Below are positions 26,515-35,575 of a stretch of 64,000 nucleotides of DNA, piece after piece (position 1 is the first letter of the stretch; each line of letters starts with the position of its first letter). The DNA comes from Planctomycetaceae bacterium. GTDB lineage: Bacteria > Planctomycetota > Phycisphaerae > Phycisphaerales > SM1A02. The notes beneath the pieces were generated by a model. That model was not told the origin of the DNA and made no database searches. It saw only the letters and a list, made by a program, of their open reading frames with translations. The stretch is taken from NCBI GenBank assembly GCA_002684855.1, contig NYWD01000037.1, positions 1,671 to 65,670 on the forward strand, in the 5' to 3' direction. The position numbers and the translations under genes are program-made.

Positions 26515-28068
26515 TCATTCGCCCGAGGCGACGCCCGAATCGGCGAGCACCTCGTGGAACCGATCCGAATCGGCGCGGTTCCGTTCCGACCGTCGTTGCC
26601 CCGCCTCGTCGCGGCGGCCCCGACTTCGTTCGTCCGAGGCATCCTGCCGATCGGACGATCCCTGACCTCCACGGGCGTCCTGCCCGTCGCCGCGGGACTC
26701 CCCGCGGGACCCCGAGGTGTCCGTGGTGGTGCGGGCCGACGACTCGACCGTGAGTCGCTCGACCGCGAAACCGCGATCCTCGAGGGCGTTTCGCAACGCA
26801 CCCAGGTTCTCTCGAAGCAAGCCGCGTGCCGCATCGCCGGCGGCCGCGATGACGACCTGGACCCGACCCGCATCGAGGCTCATCTCCATCCGGACCTGGC
26901 CGAGATTCCCCGGATCCAACCGCATCACGAGGGTTCCGCCTCGCTGGGAGGTGAGAGCCTGGAGGCCACGGGCGACCCCGGCGACGGTCCGGCCCGAATC
27001 GATGCCGGACTCCATCGGCGCAACCGACGCCGGACCGGTCGGCAGGGACTGCGCTTCGGACGTCGCGGCCGTCGCGACCGGAGTTCCGGTCATTCCCGTC
27101 GTGGTCGTTCCCGCGGCGGTCGCGAGATTCGCCCCGGCCTCGCCTCCGGGCCGCGAGCCGCTCGTCGCGACGGCGGTGTCGCGGGCGTTTCGCAGCTCGG
27201 CGTTCACTTGAGCGGCCCGATTCGCCGCGGCGTCGCCTCGATGTCGGTCGCTCGTTCCGGGCTTCGCCTCGACCCGCGGGCGTCCGGTCATGGCCGCCGC
27301 CGTGGACTCGATCGGCCGCATGCCTTCCGGCAGCGTCCTGCCGCCGCCGGGGTCCGCGACGGGCGTCGCCGTGGATGGATTCGTTCCGGCCGCCTCGACT
27401 CGTGCCGGTGAACGCTGATCGGCGGACGATCGAAGTGCGCCGGCCGCCGACGCGGCGGTCGCGGTCCCGGGACCGGCGTGCGGGGACGCCTCGACGCGGG
27501 TCGTCGCATCGGCCGGCACCGCCGTCGCGGAAACCGCCTCGACCCCTCGCCCCGACGTCGCCGTCCGGCCCTCGACCGGTCGCCGTTCCTCGATGCGTTC
27601 CGCATCGACTTCGACGATCGCGTCGAGACCGGTCGCTTGTTCGGATCTCGGCGTCGAGGCGGGGTCGACGACGGACCCCCGTGCACGTGGCTCGGGCGTG
27701 CCGGGGGTCGCATCGTCCGTTCGATCCCCCGACGTGGCGTCCGGTGCCGGTCCGGCATCGGGCGCTTCGGACGATCCCCGGCCCTCCGGGGCCGGCGCAT
27801 CATCCGTCGAACGACGCGTGGGCTCGGTCCCCGCCGGTCCGCCGGCCGCCTCATCGATGCCCGTAGGCGCAGGATCCGCCGGTTCACCCGCGCCGCTTTC
27901 GCGCTGCGTGGTCGCTCGACCGACCGGGGCGAGGGCGCGAGACGCATCCTCGAGCTCGCCCGCGAAGGGCGGTTGATCAGGCCTCGAATCCCCTTCTCGG
28001 GGCGTCTGGGGCTGAATCGCTGGTTGAATCGTCATCGACTGCATCGGAGCGCTCCGGATCCACCGCAT
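26515..28068 (-). CDS. fliK: flagellar hook-length control protein FliK
   Basis: Long Pro/Ala/Thr-rich region, then the C-terminal Flg_hook-type domain GGTLVMRLDPGNLGQVRMEMSLDAGRVQVVIAA...ARGLL. The start is uncertain because the ORF overlaps the preceding gene by up to 92 nt. Confidence 0.75.
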   Translation of the reverse strand: MRWIRSAPMQSMTIQPAIQPQTPREGDSRPDQPPFAGELEDASRALAPVGRATTQRESGAGEPADPAPTGIDEAAGGPAGTEPTRRSTDDAPAPEGRGSSEAPDAGPAPDATSGDRTDDATPGTPEPRARGSVVDPASTPRSEQATGLDAIVEVDAERIEERRPVEGRTATSGRGVEAVSATAVPADATTRVEASPHAGPGTATAASAAGALRSSADQRSPARVEAAGTNPSTATPVADPGGGRTLPEGMRPIESTAAAMTGRPRVEAKPGTSDRHRGDAAANRAAQVNAELRNARDTAVATSGSRPGGEAGANLATAAGTTTTGMTGTPVATAATSEAQSLPTGPASVAPMESGIDSGRTVAGVARGLQALTSQRGGTLVMRLDPGNLGQVRMEMSLDAGRVQVVIAAAGDAARGLLRENLGALRNALEDRGFAVERLTVESSARTTTDTSGSRGESRGDGQDARGGQGSSDRQDASDERSRGRRDEAGQRRSERNRADSDRFHEVLADSGVASGE

Positions 28069-28738
28069 CGACCGCGGTTCGATCTCGAAGTTTCAGGAGC
28101 AAGTCGCCTGCCATCTCGGTCTTGCCCCGCTCGATGAATCCCTCGAGGATCTCCTGGCGCCGCTCCTCGTCGACCGCGGCGAGGAGATCGACGACGAGGG
28201 CCTCCTCCGCTCGCGCGATGAAATCAACGACGATCGCGATCGCCGCATCGAGTTCGAGCGCCGCGACGTCCCCCACCAATCGAGTGAATTCGGCGTCCCG
28301 GGACCGTGCTTCCATCGTGGCGATGCGGGCCTCTCGCGCGTCGAGGGCTGCGGAACGGGCGACGAGCATGCGGTCGTAGCGGGAGGCCTGCTCGTCGATC
28401 TCCCGCTTCAGCGTCTCCGCCTGCCGCTGGAGACGCGCCTGGCCGAGACGCTCCAGTTCGCGGTACTGCTCCTGGGCGTCGATCGCGCCCTCGGTCGAGA
28501 ACGGCATCTGCCCCCATCGGTCGAGCTCGAGCGCCTCCTGCGAAGCCGCCTCCTCGATCGCGGCCCGCTCGCTCACGAGGCGGGCCGCCTCCGAGGTCGG
28601 AATCCGGAAGAGGTCTCGCACCTCGTCGAGCCGGGATCGGTCGAGCCGTCCCGTCCAGCCGAGCCAACCGACCGCGAGACCGATCGCCAGCAGGTTCACG
28701 ACGGCGAGGAAGGCGACCATGTTCCAGATCGTTCGCAT
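27977..28738 (-). CDS. YlxF/MotE-like flagellar protein (single TM, coiled coil, MgtE-N-like C-terminus)
   Basis: TM segment MVAFLAVVNLLAIGLAVGWLGW and a long coiled coil. It occupies the same slot between fliJ and fliK as B. subtilis ylxF. Confidence 0.6.
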   Translation of the reverse strand: MRTIWNMVAFLAVVNLLAIGLAVGWLGWTGRLDRSRLDEVRDLFRIPTSEAARLVSERAAIEEAASQEALELDRWGQMPFSTEGAIDAQEQYRELERLGQARLQRQAETLKREIDEQASRYDRMLVARSAALDAREARIATMEARSRDAEFTRLVGDVAALELDAAIAIVVDFIARAEEALVVDLLAAVDEERRQEILEGFIERGKTEMAGDLLLKLRDRTAVDAVDPERSDAVDDDSTSDSAPDAPRRGFEA

Positions 28739-29193
28739 CAGAGGGACTCCACTGTTCGTCGCGACCCGCGGATCACGGCCATTTCATCGAGCTCGGCCTG
28801 TTCGAGCCGGTCCTGCTCCAGGCGCCACGTCTCGAAGCGTCGCTCCTTGAGAAGCTCCACCGCCCGTCGCGCCCGGGAGGCCGCCCGGAGATCCTCCCGC
28901 ACCGCTTCGAGTCGTCGATGGATCCCCGCCAGTTCGAGCACCACGCGCTGGGCGTCCCGCATCTCGGCCAGCGACGCATTGGCCTGCCCGCGAAGACTCG
29001 ACGCATCGATCGGCCCCGCGAGCCGGTCCCGGAGCTGGTTCCTGGCCTCGCCGATCTGGGCCTGCCGACGGCGGAGTCCGTCCTCCAGTCGGCGACGAGC
29101 GGTCTCGAGTTCCCCCACGCGGCGGCGTTCCTCCCGTTCGGCGCGAAGCCGGACGTCGAGGACCGCCTGGAGTTGGAATCGGAATCTCGGCAT
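28738..29193 (-). CDS. fliJ: flagellar export chaperone FliJ
   Basis: 151-aa coiled-coil protein starting MPRFRFQLQAVLDVR, directly after fliI. Its stop overlaps the next start. Confidence 0.75.
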   Translation of the reverse strand: MPRFRFQLQAVLDVRLRAEREERRRVGELETARRRLEDGLRRRQAQIGEARNQLRDRLAGPIDASSLRGQANASLAEMRDAQRVVLELAGIHRRLEAVREDLRAASRARRAVELLKERRFETWRLEQDRLEQAELDEMAVIRGSRRTVESL

Positions 29194-29211
29194 GGATCAA
29201 GTCGCCTCGGA

Positions 29212-30570
29212 TCAGGATGCACCGGCGCCGGTCGCCGCTTGTCGGAGCCGCTCGCTCTCGGCGGCGATTTCGTACAGGGAACGGCAGGTCTCGGGGAACG
29301 AGGATCGTTCGTCGCGTCCCTGCCGGAGGAACGCCTCGAGTCGAGGCCGCAGCGCGATCGCCACGTCGGTCATCGGGCTCGATCCGGCGGCGTACGCGCC
29401 GATGTTGATCAGTTCCTCGCTCTCGCGATACGCCGCGAGCAGTTCGATCACCCGTCGCCTCGCCACCTCGTGATTCGGCTCGCTGACCTGGTCGGCGACC
29501 CGGGAGATCGAATCGAGCGGCTCGATGGCGGGAAAGTGCCCGCGGGCCGCGAGTCGACGACTGAGCACCACGTGGCCGTCGAGGATTCCGCGGGCCGCAT
29601 CCGCGACCGGTTCGTTGAGGTCGTCGCCTTCCACCAGCACCGTGTAGATCCCGGTGATGGATCCAGCCCCTTCGATCCCACCGGCCCGTTCGAGCAGCTG
29701 CGGGAGGAGCGAGAACACCGACGGGGTGTACCCCTTCGTGGCCGGCTGCTCCCCCGCGGCCAGTCCGATCTGACGCTGGGCCTGGGCGAAGCGGGTCACC
29801 GAGTCCACCATCAGCATCACGTCCAGCCCCCGATCCCGGAAATGCTCCGCGGCGGTGATCGCGGCCGCCATCGCCCGGACTCGGAGCAGCGGGCTCTCGT
29901 CGCCGGTGGCGACGACCACCACCGATCGGGCCAGTCCCTCGGGCCCCAGCGCGTCGACGATGAATTCCTTCACCTCGCGGCCTCGTTCACCGACGAGGGC
30001 GATGACGTTCACGTCCGCGCTGGTGCCGCGGGCGATCCCCGAAAGCAGCGTGCTCTTGCCGACGCCGGCGCCGGAGAAGATCCCGATCCGCTGCCCCTTG
30101 CCGATGGTCAGCAGTCCGTCGAGCACCCGCAACCCGGTCCCGAGGGGCTCCGAGATCATGCCCCTGGCCATCGGATTGAGAATCGGCGGAAAGAGCGGTC
30201 TCGGCGCCAGTCCCGACGGCGGCGGCCCGCCATCGATCGGGCGGCCGAGTCCATCGACCACCCGGCCGAGGAGCGCATCCCCCACCATCATCGAATCGCT
30301 CACCCGCTCGAGATGCACCCGGTCGCCCGGGGAGGTGCCGGTCGCGCCTCCGAGCAGCATCACGATCGCACGGGTCTCGTCGAAACCGACCACCTCGCCG
30401 AGCACGCCCTCGCATCGAGGGTCGTCGCCGCCGATCCGGACCACCGAACCGATCGGGACGCGAAAACGACGGACGAGCACCGTGAGCCCTCGCACCGCAT
30501 CGACGGTTCCCGTGATGGCCCGGGACTCGAAACCCCGAACGGTGTCGACCGCAGCATCGAGCAACGTCAT
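29212..30570 (-). CDS. fliI: flagellum-specific ATP synthase FliI
   Basis: Walker A GAGVGKSTLL, then MVDSVTRFAQAQR and GSITGIYTVLVEGDD. Confidence 0.93.
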   Translation of the reverse strand: MTLLDAAVDTVRGFESRAITGTVDAVRGLTVLVRRFRVPIGSVVRIGGDDPRCEGVLGEVVGFDETRAIVMLLGGATGTSPGDRVHLERVSDSMMVGDALLGRVVDGLGRPIDGGPPPSGLAPRPLFPPILNPMARGMISEPLGTGLRVLDGLLTIGKGQRIGIFSGAGVGKSTLLSGIARGTSADVNVIALVGERGREVKEFIVDALGPEGLARSVVVVATGDESPLLRVRAMAAAITAAEHFRDRGLDVMLMVDSVTRFAQAQRQIGLAAGEQPATKGYTPSVFSLLPQLLERAGGIEGAGSITGIYTVLVEGDDLNEPVADAARGILDGHVVLSRRLAARGHFPAIEPLDSISRVADQVSEPNHEVARRRVIELLAAYRESEELINIGAYAAGSSPMTDVAIALRPRLEAFLRQGRDERSSFPETCRSLYEIAAESERLRQAATGAGAS

Positions 30571-31355
30571 TCGCCGTCTCCGCCGATCGTCCCCGCCGCT
30601 TCCTCGTCCGGATCGGCCCCCGACGCGGGCGGTGCGTCCAGCAGCTCCGGGAAGAGCCCCTTCACGATCCGCGACATCTGCACGTCGAGCCGTGCGTCGA
30701 CCTCACCGTCGCCGGCCGCCGCGACGCAACCCCCTCGGACGATCGTGTCGTCGGTCTCGAAGACGAGGTCGTGGGCGGGACTCGCACCGGCGATCCCGAC
30801 CACCGCGTCGAAGTGCGACTGCACGATCGCGAGATCTTCGGGGTGCACGCGAAGACGGACCGCGGTGGCGGAGGCGAGCATGTCGATGGCCGTCGTCGCC
30901 TGTTCGACGACCCGCGACGGGTCGTGCGCCGGCAGGCGGCCGAGCACGCGTTCCGCGATCGCGATCGCGAGCCGGAGCAGATCCCGTCGGGCCTCCTCCC
31001 GAACCGCCTCCCGGCCCGCCGTGAATCCCTCGAGGGCGTCGCTCCATCCACTCGCGATCGCCTCCAACTGCGCCTCCATCGAGGCCATGGCCTCCGCACG
31101 CCCCTGAGCGAGGCCCGCCTCCAGTCCGGTCTCCCGGCCTTCCGCCAGCCCCGCCTCGAGCCCCTCGGTGCGTCCGGACTCGGCCGCGTCGGCGGTGAGA
31201 CGGGCCGCCTCCTCGCGGGCCGCGTCGATGATCGCATCCGCTTCGAGCCGGGCCGACGCGACGATGTCCACGGCCTCCCGGCGCACGTCGGCGAGATCGA
31301 GGACCACCGCCGACCCCAGCAGTTCGCGAGCTTGTGCGTTCTTGACGATCGGCAA
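30567..31355 (-). CDS. fliH: flagellar assembly protein FliH
   Basis: Ala/Glu-rich N-terminal coiled coil plus a C-terminal FliH-like domain ending TIVRGGCVAAAGDGEVDARLDVQM. ATGA overlap with fliI. Confidence 0.75.
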   Translation of the reverse strand: MPIVKNAQARELLGSAVVLDLADVRREAVDIVASARLEADAIIDAAREEAARLTADAAESGRTEGLEAGLAEGRETGLEAGLAQGRAEAMASMEAQLEAIASGWSDALEGFTAGREAVREEARRDLLRLAIAIAERVLGRLPAHDPSRVVEQATTAIDMLASATAVRLRVHPEDLAIVQSHFDAVVGIAGASPAHDLVFETDDTIVRGGCVAAAGDGEVDARLDVQMSRIVKGLFPELLDAPPASGADPDEEAAGTIGGDGE

Positions 31356-31370
31356 CGGAAATCTCCAGGA

Positions 31371-32411
31371 TCAGACGACCACGTCGCCGCCACCACCTCG
31401 GCCCGCGATCACGATCTCGCCGGCGTCCTCGAGGCGCCGGACGACGTCCACGATCCGCTGCTGCGCGGTCTCGACGTCGCTCACCCGGACCGGCCCCATG
31501 AATTCCATGTCGTCCTTGATCATCTCGGACGCCCGACTGGACATGTTGCCGAGGATCTTCTCCGAGAGCTCCGGCGACGCCATCTTCAACGCGAGGCAGA
31601 GTTCGTCGTTCTCGATCTCCTTGAGCATCCGCTGGATGCCCTTGTCGTCGACGAGCTTGATGTCGTCGAAGACGAACATGAGCCGGCGGATCTCCTCGAC
31701 GAGATCGGGATCCTCCGTCTCGACCCCTTCCATGATCGATCGCTCGGTGTTGCGGTCGCAGAGATTCAGGATCTCCGCGACGGTGTCGACGCCGCCGACC
31801 CGTTCCGTCGAGTGCATGATCATGTTGCTCAGGCGGGCTTCGAGCCCGCGCTCCACCTCCCGGATGACCTCGGGACTGGTCTGTTCCATGTTCGCGACCC
31901 GTCGAACGACCTCGATCTGCCGCTCCTCCGGCAGGCCGCCGAGGATCTCGGAGGCCTTGTGGTGTGGAAGGTGGCTCACGATCAGCGCGATGGTCTGGGG
32001 GTGTTCGTCCTGGATGAAGGTCAGCAGGTTCTCCGTCTCCGCCTTCTGCAGGAAGGCGAACGGGGTCCGCTGGACCTGGGTCTGGATCTGCTGGATGACC
32101 CGATCCGCGACGCCGCCCTCCAGCGAATCCTTCAGCAGACGCGTGGCGTACTCGAGCCCGCCCTCCCGCGCCCAGCCCTGGGCCATGGCGAGCCCGTAGA
32201 ACTCGTCCACGATCCCCTCGCCGAGCTGCGATGGAACGTCGCCGAGCGAGGCGAGCGCGCGGGTGACCTCCTCCACCGATTCCGTGGGGAGTTCGCGAAG
32301 GATCGCGCCCGCGGCGTCGGGGTCGAGGAGGAGCAGCAGCACGGCGCTCTTCACCACGCCGTCGAGTTCGTCGGCGACCTCGGGGAGCTTCTGGCCCGGT
32401 CGGATCGTCAT
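31371..32411 (-). CDS. fliG: flagellar motor switch protein FliG
   Basis: Motifs LTFIQDEHPQTIALIVSHL, MFVFDDI and the C-terminal torque helix region. Start taken as the ATG at 32411; the alternative at 32459 would overlap fliF. Confidence 0.9.
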   Translation of the reverse strand: MTIRPGQKLPEVADELDGVVKSAVLLLLLDPDAAGAILRELPTESVEEVTRALASLGDVPSQLGEGIVDEFYGLAMAQGWAREGGLEYATRLLKDSLEGGVADRVIQQIQTQVQRTPFAFLQKAETENLLTFIQDEHPQTIALIVSHLPHHKASEILGGLPEERQIEVVRRVANMEQTSPEVIREVERGLEARLSNMIMHSTERVGGVDTVAEILNLCDRNTERSIMEGVETEDPDLVEEIRRLMFVFDDIKLVDDKGIQRMLKEIENDELCLALKMASPELSEKILGNMSSRASEMIKDDMEFMGPVRVSDVETAQQRIVDVVRRLEDAGEIVIAGRGGGGDVVV

Positions 32412-32437
32412 GAGCGTGGGTTCTCCGGCATCCGTGT

Positions 32438-34153
32438 TCAGGCCTCCGTCCGCATCCACCGTCGAAGGAGGGTCGCGACCTCGGTCGGCTCCTTCTTGAT
32501 CAGTTCGTTCAGCTGGTCGAGCATCTGCTTTCGGCGAAGCTCGTCGTCGTCGAGCTCGACCCCGACCAGCGCGGGCGTGACCTCGTCGGCCTCGCCGACG
32601 ATCTCCCGTGCATCGTCGTCGAGCACCGGCGGCACCCCCGCGAGCTCCTCGACGGTCGGCAGGGCCTCGGGTTCGCCGGACCGGCGGACCATCAGGAACA
32701 TCATCGCGAGCGAGACCAGGGCCAGCCCGACGAGGCCGGCGTTCTTCAATGCCCGGCCGGTGTCGCCCTCGGTGATGCCCGCGAAGGTCTCGACCACGGA
32801 ACCCGCGGTCGCGGTATCGAGCCCGGAATCGCTCGCGAAGGGCATGATCGCGACCTTGACCTCGCCGACCCCGCCGTCCCGGAGGCTGGAGTTGTCGACG
32901 AGGGGCTCGAGGAGCGCGATGATCTCGGTCCGGATCCGCGTCTTCTCGAGTTCGAGTTCCGCCGCGGTCACCTCGCCCCCCGACTCGCCGCCGCCATCCG
33001 CGTTGGCCCGGATCGCGGTCTTGACCTCCGCCTCCGAGAGGAGGATCGCCGCGGTGACCTTGACGGGATGGTTGGCACGCTGGGTGATGTCCGTCCGGAC
33101 GCCGGGGACGCCGACGACGTTCTCGATCTCCTCGGTCTCCCGGGTCGCGACGTCCCCGCCCGCGGCGGGATTTCCGTTGATCGAGGCCGCCCCGCCCATC
33201 TGGGCCTGGGCGATGCCGGCGTTCGACCGGAATCCGGGCGCTCCTCCGGCCCCCGCGGCCGAAGGGGTCCTCGACTCGTCGGTCCGCTTCGACCGCTCCG
33301 CCTTCACCGGCTTGCCGATCTGCGTCTTCTGCTCGTTGATGTCCGCGACGAGGATCTGCGCGTTCACGCTGACCATCGCACGCGGGAACGCGACGCGGAC
33401 CACCCGGGAGAGTCGCTCGATCGCGTCTCGCTCGAAGTCGCGGACCTTCGAAAGGTAGTCGCCGCCGGTGCCGCTTCCGTCGTCCCCGAAGGTGAAGGTC
33501 CGTCCGTTGCCACCGTCGACGACGGTGATGTGGTCGAGATCGAGGTCGTTCTCGACCGCCAGCGCGATGTAGGCGATCGACTCCGCGGTGGCCCGGTCGA
33601 GCTCCCGCGACTTCATCCGGACGTTGACGCTCGCCTTGGGCGCGGGGCCGTCGATCACGAACGCCTTCCGCTTGCCGGTGGAGACCAGGATGTTGACGCC
33701 GTCCACGCCCTCGATCATCCGGATGTTCTTCTCGGCCTCGAAGACCCGGGCCCGCCGCCAGGTCTCCTGCATCTCCGATTCGGCCTGCCAGGATCCGGAA
33801 CTCGCGGCGGACGGCGCATCCTCGATCGTCGGCGCGAGTCCGTCGTTCTCGAGCATCTCGGCGATCGACCGCTTCTCCCGGACGTCGACGAGGATCACGT
33901 CGGTGCCGCCGTCCGAGACCTCGTAGCCGAGTTCACGGACCCGGGAGATGGCCGTGGCCTTGTCCTCGACCCGCACCTTGATGGGCGACATCGAAGGCCC
34001 GGCCGCGTACTGCGACACGAGGAAGAAGCCCATCGCGAGAATGATCGCGAGCGAACCGACGAGCAGGCGGGCCGATGGCCCGAGTTCGCCGAGTCGACGA
34101 GAGAGTTCGGTGATTGAATCTCGAAATCGCTGCACCACGGGGGAGGCCTCCAT
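32438..34153 (-). CDS. fliF: flagellar M-ring protein FliF
   Basis: N-terminal TM segment (LLVGSLAIILAMGFFLV), a YscJ/FliF periplasmic domain, a second TM segment (GLVGLALVSLAMMFLMV) and a C-terminal FliG-binding tail. Confidence 0.9.
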   Translation of the reverse strand: MEASPVVQRFRDSITELSRRLGELGPSARLLVGSLAIILAMGFFLVSQYAAGPSMSPIKVRVEDKATAISRVRELGYEVSDGGTDVILVDVREKRSIAEMLENDGLAPTIEDAPSAASSGSWQAESEMQETWRRARVFEAEKNIRMIEGVDGVNILVSTGKRKAFVIDGPAPKASVNVRMKSRELDRATAESIAYIALAVENDLDLDHITVVDGGNGRTFTFGDDGSGTGGDYLSKVRDFERDAIERLSRVVRVAFPRAMVSVNAQILVADINEQKTQIGKPVKAERSKRTDESRTPSAAGAGGAPGFRSNAGIAQAQMGGAASINGNPAAGGDVATRETEEIENVVGVPGVRTDITQRANHPVKVTAAILLSEAEVKTAIRANADGGGESGGEVTAAELELEKTRIRTEIIALLEPLVDNSSLRDGGVGEVKVAIMPFASDSGLDTATAGSVVETFAGITEGDTGRALKNAGLVGLALVSLAMMFLMVRRSGEPEALPTVEELAGVPPVLDDDAREIVGEADEVTPALVGVELDDDELRRKQMLDQLNELIKKEPTEVATLLRRWMRTEA

Positions 34154-34275
34154 GCCATCCGTCGTGTTTCACGGGTTGTCCCGGCCTCCAGGCCGCGCAC
34201 GTCATCCTGACAAGCGACCCGGGACCGTTTCCCTTTCGGCGGCCGGGAGTGGAATCCGGCCGACGAGGGGAGATG

Positions 34276-34599
34276 TCACACCCGCACGTTCTTCACCTCG
34301 TCGTACGCATCGACGAGCTTGTTCCTGACCGCGAGGAGCATCCGGAAGGCGGTGTCCGCCGTCTCCGTCGCGACGATGACCTGGTCGAGGGAAGCCTCGC
34401 CGGTCACCGCGTCGATCTTGACCTGCTCCGCGTTCTGCTGGAGCCGGTCGACTTCGGCGATCTGGTTCATCAGATCGGTCTTGAAGTCCGCCCCGCCGAC
34501 GGTGCTCCGACCGTTCGCGGGCGAACCGGGGCCCTTCACGCCGGTCGAGGGGATGCCCTGGGCCGAGTTGTTCGAGACGAGTCCGAGCGGATCACTCAT
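34276..34599 (-). CDS. fliE: flagellar hook-basal body protein FliE
   Basis: 107 aa with the C-terminus AFRMLLAVRNKLVDAYDEVKNVRV, typical of FliE. Confidence 0.85.
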   Translation of the reverse strand: MSDPLGLVSNNSAQGIPSTGVKGPGSPANGRSTVGGADFKTDLMNQIAEVDRLQQNAEQVKIDAVTGEASLDQVIVATETADTAFRMLLAVRNKLVDAYDEVKNVRV

Positions 34600-34629
34600 G
34601 ACGGAAGTCCTGAAGAAGGGGAACGGTCA

Positions 34630-35013
34630 TCACGCGAGCACGCGAAGACCCGCATCGATCATCGACCGGGTCGCCTCCACGGCCTGAATGTTGGCTTCAT
34701 AAGCCCGAAGCGCCTCGATTCCGTCGACCATGGCGGTGGCGTAGTCCACCGCCGGGTAGTAGACGAATCCATCCTCCCGCGCCGCGGGGTGGTCCGGATC
34801 CCGGACCGGGTTGAACACGGGCAGCCGATCGACGCCCGAGACGTGCACGCCGAGGGGATCGCCGGAGACGGGGTCGCCGGCCTCGAACCGCACCTGCATC
34901 ACCTCGAATTCGGGAGTCCGCTGGTTGGCCAGATTGGCCGTGACCGCGTCCATCCGCACCCGCTGGGCCTGAAGCCCGGAACCCGCGATGTCGAATGCGC
35001 CGTAGATGCTCAT
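34630..35013 (-). CDS. flgC: flagellar basal-body rod protein FlgC
   Basis: MSIYGAFDIAGSGLQAQRVRMDAVTANLAN ... RAYEANIQAVEATRSMIDAGLRV. Confidence 0.9.
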   Translation of the reverse strand: MSIYGAFDIAGSGLQAQRVRMDAVTANLANQRTPEFEVMQVRFEAGDPVSGDPLGVHVSGVDRLPVFNPVRDPDHPAAREDGFVYYPAVDYATAMVDGIEALRAYEANIQAVEATRSMIDAGLRVLA

Positions 35014-35052
35014 GCAGCCTGCTCCGTCCTTGTGAAGTCAATGCCCGGGAAG

Positions 35053-35490
35053 TCAGGGTCGTTCACGAATTGCCGCCCGAAGGATGTCATGGGACTTTCG
35101 AAACAGCTCGCTGGCGAAGCGGAACGTCATCGCGTTCTCCGTCAGACCCTGCATGAGGCGTTCCAGATTGCGATCGTTCCCGTCGTGGTAGAGAAGATCG
35201 TCCCCTCGCTCGACCGGCCGGAGCTCGATCGATCGATCCGAGAAGCGGATCCCGGACCGATCCTCGAAGACGCCGGATCCCCGGCTCACGCCCCCGATAC
35301 CGCTGCGTTCCCGGTCCCGAGCGTCCCGCATGGCCGCCTGGAACTCGGAAACGGGCACGTCCCGGGTCCGATATCCGGGCGTGTCGATGTTGGCGATGTT
35401 GTCCTGGAGGAGCTCGTTTCGCTTCCACGAGAACTGCATGAGCCGTTCGAGATACGGGGTCGCCCCCCATCCTTCGATGCCACCGCTCAT
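35053..35490 (-). CDS. flgB: flagellar basal-body rod protein FlgB
   Basis: ATG at 35490 is preceded by GGAGG. Motifs NELLQDNIANIDTPGYRTRD and NDRNLERLMQGLTENAMTF. Confidence 0.85.
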   Translation of the reverse strand: MSGGIEGWGATPYLERLMQFSWKRNELLQDNIANIDTPGYRTRDVPVSEFQAAMRDARDRERSGIGGVSRGSGVFEDRSGIRFSDRSIELRPVERGDDLLYHDGNDRNLERLMQGLTENAMTFRFASELFRKSHDILRAAIRERP

Positions 35491-35575
35491 CGAGCACCTC
35501 CGGATCGAAGCGCAGAATCCGACCCCACGAGCGGATCCTGCGCGATGCCGGCGGCGGAAATTGCGCCTGTTCGGA

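Noticed and set aside
35511-35570. Sigma-54 promoter candidates upstream of flgB, on the minus strand: GGGGTC-N4-TTCTGC and GGCGCA-N4-TCCGC, both with GG-N10-GC spacing.
   Set aside because: Both deviate from TGGCAC-N5-TTGCW at several conserved positions. The better one would place the transcription start inside the Shine-Dalgarno region. A promoter is expected here from context, but the sequence alone does not demonstrate one.
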